The notes beneath the pieces were generated by a model. The model saw only the letters and a program-made list of their open reading frames with translations. It was not told the origin of the DNA and ran no database searches. This document shows, piece by piece, positions 59,185-64,000 of a stretch of DNA of 64,000 nucleotides. The position numbers and the translations under genes are program-made. Position 1 is the first letter of the stretch, and each line of letters opens with the position of its first letter. This DNA comes from an uncultured Bacilli bacterium. Its GTDB lineage: Bacteria > Bacillota_I > Bacilli_A > RF39 > UBA660. The DNA lies in the NCBI GenBank assembly GCA_944363925.1, contig CALVVS010000001.1, forward strand, positions 450 through 64,449, in the 5' to 3' direction.

Positions 59185-59874
59185 TTAAATATTATTCACA
59201 TCAACCACCTTGTTTTCCAAATTCTTATCAACTAAAGTCTCATGAATCTTCTCCTCAGGACTATCCAAAAAGACTTCCTCAATTCTATCAACCCTACATT
59301 TTTCAGCTCTAATAATTGCCTCTAATTTTGTAGCTGCCTCCATAACCTCATCATTGACAATAACATAATTATATTTTGATAATTCATTTATTTCTTTATA
59401 AGCAGTTTCAAACCGTTCCATTACCTTTTCCTTTGATTCAGTATTACGTTCTGTAAGTCTCCTCTTAAGTTCTCTCATACTAGGTGGTAATAAAAATACA
59501 AATAAAGCCTGTGGAATTTTCTTTTTAATCTGTAAAGCCCCTTGAATTTCAATAACTAATATTACATCTTCACCATTATCTAAATGTCTTTGTACACTCT
59601 CACTAGGTGTTCCATAATAATTACCAGCAAACTTGGCATACTCAAGCATCTTATCGTCCTTAATATTCTTTTCAAACTCTTCCTCGCTCACAAAATAATA
59701 AGCCTTACCATCTTCCTCACCCTTACGCGGTTTCCTACTAGTCATCGAAATAGACTCCCATATATTTAGATTTCTTTTCTTAACCTCGTCACATACAGTA
59801 TTCTTACCACTACCAGAAGGTCCGGAAAGAACAATTAATAATCCTTGTTTCTTTGTCTTTATCATATATTTCAC
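59185..59874 (-). CDS. gmk: Guanylate kinase
   Basis: P-loop LSGPSGSGKNT, with ..YYFVSEEEF.. and ..RRLTERNTES.. regions. Confidence 0.92.
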   Translation of the reverse strand: MKYMIKTKKQGLLIVLSGPSGSGKNTVCDEVKKRNLNIWESISMTSRKPRKGEEDGKAYYFVSEEEFEKNIKDDKMLEYAKFAGNYYGTPSESVQRHLDNGEDVILVIEIQGALQIKKKIPQALFVFLLPPSMRELKRRLTERNTESKEKVMERFETAYKEINELSKYNYVIVNDEVMEAATKLEAIIRAEKCRVDRIEEVFLDSPEEKIHETLVDKNLENKVVDVNNI

Positions 59875-59905
59875 TCCCTTGAAAGAAAAGAACTGTTCAA
59901 GCAGT

Positions 59906-60196
59906 TCAATTATTTAACAATTCCTTTATTCTCTCTGGATTTTTTATCAATTCTTTAGCATCATCTACCAAAATTGGTACAACTTTCCTAAGCTCATCAC
60001 CATTAACTAAATCCATATATTCATCATTTCCATCAAAATAGCTTTTAACAACTTGATACTCATCAATGAAATCATCTTCACTTTGATTTAATCTAATCAT
60101 ATAACTATACTTACTACCATCAATTACCTTCTCAGCTATTACAAACCATTTATCATTATCATCAAACTCAACTGTTGTATATAATCCATTTTCCAT
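59906..60196 (-). CDS. Small acidic protein, DUF1292-like
   Basis: 96 aa, ..TVEFDDNDKWFVIAEKVIDGSKYSYMIRL..DEY..VKSYFDGNDEYMDLVNGDE. Confidence 0.5.
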   Translation of the reverse strand: MENGLYTTVEFDDNDKWFVIAEKVIDGSKYSYMIRLNQSEDDFIDEYQVVKSYFDGNDEYMDLVNGDELRKVVPILVDDAKELIKNPERIKELLNN

Positions 60197-60209
60197 AAAA
60201 TGCCCCTTT

Positions 60210-61769
60210 CTATTTAATTAATCCACTTTTACTAACTTCTGAAACAACATCACTAAGTTTAACAAAACCAGATGGACTTTTCATACTATCACCCAAAAGT
60301 AACACATTATTTGAATCTTTAGCTAATTCAGCCATAAATGAAGAATCATTAAGTTGCTCCTGAGTAAGCCCCATATAACTATTAGTCGCTGTATTAAACA
60401 CATCTATAGGGTTATTATTAAACCACTCATTAGAAATAACTCCATTAACATTATTCACAGTATCATAAGCATTAGTAAAAACTTGATGCCCCTCACCAAT
60501 ACTTCCATAATTTAACATAGTTTCAGTAGAAACTTTATCCGTTGTATCATCAACTGTATTAAAAGTATTATTAGCCATATTAATATTATCTGCACTAACA
60601 AAATTATTAATACCATTCACAATCTGCGAATTAGCCGCAAACAATCCAACACCAGTAATCGCAATCATTGCCGCCACAATAGCTACTTTTCTACTAATAT
60701 TAAATTTCTTAAACTTTTCTATAATTGATGGCTTAGACTCTTTTCGCTTAATCAAACGGCCCTTAATCGTTGGCATCGATTCAACTTCACTATTCGAATT
60801 AACCAAATCAGGCATATCTGGTATAACATCTAAACCCGATAAATCCTTATCAACACTACCATTAACCTCTCCAAAATCATTTGAATTATCATCCAAAACC
60901 TTGTTATGAGCCTCTACATCATCAACATTACCAACAATATCTATATTTCCATCTTTTGAAACATTAATTTTCACATCTAACCCATAAACCTTATTCGTTC
61001 CATAATCTAAATTATTTATAAGCTTTACATTTTTAAGATTATTATTTAAAAGCTTAGAATCTAAAAGTTTATAATTTTTATTTAGATAATCACTAGTAAA
61101 ATTTCCAACAATATAACAAATACCATCTTTTACAAAAACCGTATATGGAAAAGATAATTCATTAACTTTAAAATGTTTAGCTCCTATATAAGGAATATAA
61201 TTTTCTTCTTTAACCTCAGCACCTTTAAAATGTTTGCCAGATTTAACCTTACTATTGTCTAAAACTAAGTCTTCATCTTTAAAATGTCTAGGTCTTGGCT
61301 TAATATCTTCCTCTTTTGATACATTTGAATTTTCATAACTCTTTAAATCAAAAAGAATATTACGACTTTGAACATATAAATCATCATAACCAGGTTTACC
61401 ATATTTAATACCATTAATTGGCATAGCCAAATAATAATTAAGTTCTAATTCTAATAACTTTCTTTGCTGAAAATAGGCCTTTTCATAATTGTCACTACCA
61501 AACTCACATAATACTTTATTAAAAACACTATTATCCTTATAACGAAAATAAAGTTCCTCTTTATTCTTGTATTTTCTTTCTAGCTCATCCATTTTATCTA
61601 AAATAGCTATCTCACCAGTAAGTTTATTAACTCTTCCTCTTTTTAAATTAACCTGTAAATTAAAAGAGGCATTGTTAGGATTTTTCTTTTGCTCTTCTTC
61701 CATAGCCTTAAGTTCTTTTTTCAAAACCTCAAGTTCTCTTTTTTTATCATTCAAATCCATAATAATCAC
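60210..61769 (-). CDS. Hypothetical bitopic membrane protein with an N-terminal coiled-coil cytoplasmic region
   Basis: KRELEVLKKELKAMEEEQKK coiled coil. Single TM (VAIVAAMIAITGVGLFAA) near residue 355. Asn-rich C-terminal ectodomain. Confidence 0.5.
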   Translation of the reverse strand: MIIMDLNDKKRELEVLKKELKAMEEEQKKNPNNASFNLQVNLKRGRVNKLTGEIAILDKMDELERKYKNKEELYFRYKDNSVFNKVLCEFGSDNYEKAYFQQRKLLELELNYYLAMPINGIKYGKPGYDDLYVQSRNILFDLKSYENSNVSKEEDIKPRPRHFKDEDLVLDNSKVKSGKHFKGAEVKEENYIPYIGAKHFKVNELSFPYTVFVKDGICYIVGNFTSDYLNKNYKLLDSKLLNNNLKNVKLINNLDYGTNKVYGLDVKINVSKDGNIDIVGNVDDVEAHNKVLDDNSNDFGEVNGSVDKDLSGLDVIPDMPDLVNSNSEVESMPTIKGRLIKRKESKPSIIEKFKKFNISRKVAIVAAMIAITGVGLFAANSQIVNGINNFVSADNINMANNTFNTVDDTTDKVSTETMLNYGSIGEGHQVFTNAYDTVNNVNGVISNEWFNNNPIDVFNTATNSYMGLTQEQLNDSSFMAELAKDSNNVLLLGDSMKSPSGFVKLSDVVSEVSKSGLIK

Positions 61770-61885
61770 CCACTTTAATTGAAAACTATTCTATAGCATT
61801 TATACATTTTTGTCAATTTGACAATATCTATATAAATTATAACACATGAAAATCATAAAAAATTATTTTTTTACCATATAACCAA

Positions 61886-62503
61886 TCATTTTACTCTAAC
61901 ATCCAATAATCTAACAAGTTCATGACATTGAAAACTATCCACAATCATACCCTTCACACTATATAAATCAAACATAACCTCATCAATAATGCAAGAAGAA
62001 AAATCTATATTCTTTAAAGATGTATTCAAAAATTCCGCCCATCTAAAATTAACTTCATCAAGTAAGATTTTTTTAATCTTTACATCCACAAAAGAACTCT
62101 CTGAAAAATCGCTATTAAAAATTTTCAAATCATTTATATTAACCCCTGACATATTTATATATCTTCCATTTACCAAATTAAACTCTGTATTCTTAATAAA
62201 ACTATTGATAAAACTAACCCCACTTAATTTACAACTTTTAAAAACAGTATCTTTAATTAATCTCTCATCAATACTTTTATTAGACAAATCACAATCTTCT
62301 AAAACACAATCAATAAAATCTACACCCTCAAACACTATATTATCAAAATTAACTCCTTTAAAAATACATCCCTCAAATGTCATATTTTTAAGCATAATAC
62401 TACCTTGCACACCTTCAAATTGTTGATTACTAACCGTCATATCTATCAAATCACTATCCATATAACTTACTATCTTATTTAATTTAGTCATAAATACCTC
62501 CAA
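61886..62503 (-). CDS. Pentapeptide-repeat protein
   Basis: Tandem A(D/N)LxX-type pentads (FEGCIFKGVNFDNIVFEGVDFIDCVLEDCDLSN...). Confidence 0.8.
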   Translation of the reverse strand: MEVFMTKLNKIVSYMDSDLIDMTVSNQQFEGVQGSIMLKNMTFEGCIFKGVNFDNIVFEGVDFIDCVLEDCDLSNKSIDERLIKDTVFKSCKLSGVSFINSFIKNTEFNLVNGRYINMSGVNINDLKIFNSDFSESSFVDVKIKKILLDEVNFRWAEFLNTSLKNIDFSSCIIDEVMFDLYSVKGMIVDSFQCHELVRLLDVRVK

Positions 62504-62552
62504 ATTAATTATACCAAAAAATCCGCTTTTTAAATAAAAACGGAAATAACTA

Positions 62553-63227
62553 TTATTCTTCTTTGTATTTATAAATCTTATATGAAATCTTATAACTAAT
62601 AAAATAAAGGATAAAACTTAATAGTACAAGAATAATCAAACCAAAATTTTTTAATGCACTTTCTAATTTTGCAATATCAACTGAAAGTCCAGATTTTTCT
62701 ATAAGAAAGCCTACTCCTACCCCTATAAGTGCTAAAACAAATATAACAATAAACATTTGAATTCTTCCTTTTTCGGCCCCCCATTTAAAAATACTAGGAA
62801 TTTGAATTGTCTCTATAAGAGATACTCCAAAAAATCCACCAATAGTAGTAGCAAGTAATGTATCAATACTTATATCTATAACTTTATCTGGTCTTACATA
62901 ATTCATAATATTACCAATTAACAAAGTTAGTACAAAACCAAGTAAACTTCCTAATATAGTTGCTCCAATAGCCAAAATATATTTTTCTAATACTATTTCT
63001 TTTCTAGTCACTGGTAAAGTTAATATATATCTATTTGATTTTGCCATTTCATCATAACTAAATGTCGAAAGTGAAATCATCCCTACAATCATGCCAATTA
63101 CAATAGAACCCCAGTATATAGCATCCGTTCCAATAATCGCCATACCACAAAATAACACAACTATAATTAATGTAGTTTTATAACTGGCTAAATTATATAA
63201 ATCCTTTTTAAGTAATCCTTTTATCAT
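62553..63227 (-). CDS. ABC-2-type transporter permease
   Basis: 224 aa with six TM helices, immediately downstream of an ABC ATPase. Confidence 0.7.
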   Translation of the reverse strand: MIKGLLKKDLYNLASYKTTLIIVVLFCGMAIIGTDAIYWGSIVIGMIVGMISLSTFSYDEMAKSNRYILTLPVTRKEIVLEKYILAIGATILGSLLGFVLTLLIGNIMNYVRPDKVIDISIDTLLATTIGGFFGVSLIETIQIPSIFKWGAEKGRIQMFIVIFVLALIGVGVGFLIEKSGLSVDIAKLESALKNFGLIILVLLSFILYFISYKISYKIYKYKEE

Positions 63228-63229
63228 AA

Positions 63230-64000
63230 TTATCTTTCTCCTTTTATGTAAAATAGCATAATATCATCAATAGATGGCTTATCAATAGAAGTAATACCAT
63301 ACTTTTTCTTAAAACTGTTTTTATCATTGATTAATACTTCATATTGATATTTTCCTTTTTTATAACTTACATAATCTTTTTCATCTATTTTAGAAAATTC
63401 TTCTTTCCTGCATTTAACAACACCATATTCTTCTAACAGTTCTAAAGTAGGTATATTTAAAACTATTTTTCCCTTATCAATAAATACTATATAATCCGAA
63501 ATATGTTCTAAGTCTGTTGTAATATGGGTAGATAATAAAATCGATCTTTCCTCATCTTCTTCAATATATTTTCTAAATATATCAAGTATTTCACTTCTTA
63601 CAACTGGATCAAGTCCACTAGTTGGCTCATCTAATATTAATAATTTTGGATTATGAGAAATAGCTACTATAATTTTTAATTTCATTTTCATACCACTTGA
63701 AAAGTCTTTCACTAATTTATCAGCTGGTAATCCAAATTGTTTTAATAAATCATTATATTTATTTTCATACCACGTTTCGTAGAAATCTTTCATAACTAAG
63801 TTTATATGTTTAGGTGTTAAATAAGCCGATAAAAAACTATCATCTAATACAACACCCAAATCTTTTTTTATTTCTTTTTCATATTTTTTACTGTCTTTTC
63901 CTAGTATCTTAACTGTACCTTCTGAATTTATAATATTAAGTATAGATTTTATTGTAGTCGTTTTACCTGCTCCATTTTCTCCAATAAGTCCGACAATCAT
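63230..64000 (-). CDS. ABC transporter ATP-binding protein (N-terminus truncated by the window end)
   Basis: Walker A GENGAGKTT, signature FSSGMKMKL, Walker B ILDEPTSGLD. Confidence 0.85.
   Translation of the reverse strand: MIVGLIGENGAGKTTTIKSILNIINSEGTVKILGKDSKKYEKEIKKDLGVVLDDSFLSAYLTPKHINLVMKDFYETWYENKYNDLLKQFGLPADKLVKDFSSGMKMKLKIIVAISHNPKLLILDEPTSGLDPVVRSEILDIFRKYIEEDEERSILLSTHITTDLEHISDYIVFIDKGKIVLNIPTLELLEEYGVVKCRKEEFSKIDEKDYVSYKKGKYQYEVLINDKNSFKKKYGITSIDKPSIDDIMLFYIKGER

Overview
This window comes from a low-GC (roughly 28-30% GC) Bacillota (Firmicutes) chromosome. It is almost entirely coding, and most genes lie on the minus strand. The gene order echoes Bacillus housekeeping synteny:
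- rlmN-prpC-prkC-rsgA-rpe
- secG, rpoZ
- tgt-yneF-lexA
- nusB-xseA-xseB
- spoIVFA/B-like-rplU-prp-rpmA
- murF, mreCD, radC
- murG-murB-divIB-ftsA-ftsZ
- metG, leuS, gmk

The start of the window is the 5' portion of a pyruvate:ferredoxin oxidoreductase gene. One tRNA-Thr(GGU) gene is present. There are no rRNA genes, CRISPR arrays, transposases or integrases.

Several accessory features sit among the housekeeping genes:
- Pilins: at least four type IV pilin-like genes, three with a 'GFTLAELL' class-III signal peptide (one fused in-frame to the 3' end of rpe) and one Flp-type pilin with a 'G-QALVEY' motif, but no pilus assembly ATPase.
- SOS: an SOS-box-controlled 45-aa membrane peptide divergent from lexA, a candidate SosA/YneA-like division inhibitor.
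- Microcin-C-immunity-like module: a GNAT::S66 peptidase fusion, a 38-aa sORF and a second S66 peptidase. It sits between metG and leuS and is bracketed by an exact 27-bp direct repeat.
- Fic: a class II Fic protein flanked on both sides by roughly 80-bp direct-repeat units made of TGCAC/GTGCA palindromic operators, next to the tRNA.
- mTERF-like protein: a bacterial mTERF-like repeat protein.
- Sortases: a sortase B with an NPKTS-type substrate, and a second SrtB-like protein with an atypical active site.
- Phase-variation candidate: an A22-T-A11 homopolymer tract plus a coupled uORF upstream of a secreted protein.

All calls rest on manual translation and motif recognition, and start coordinates are approximate where noted.
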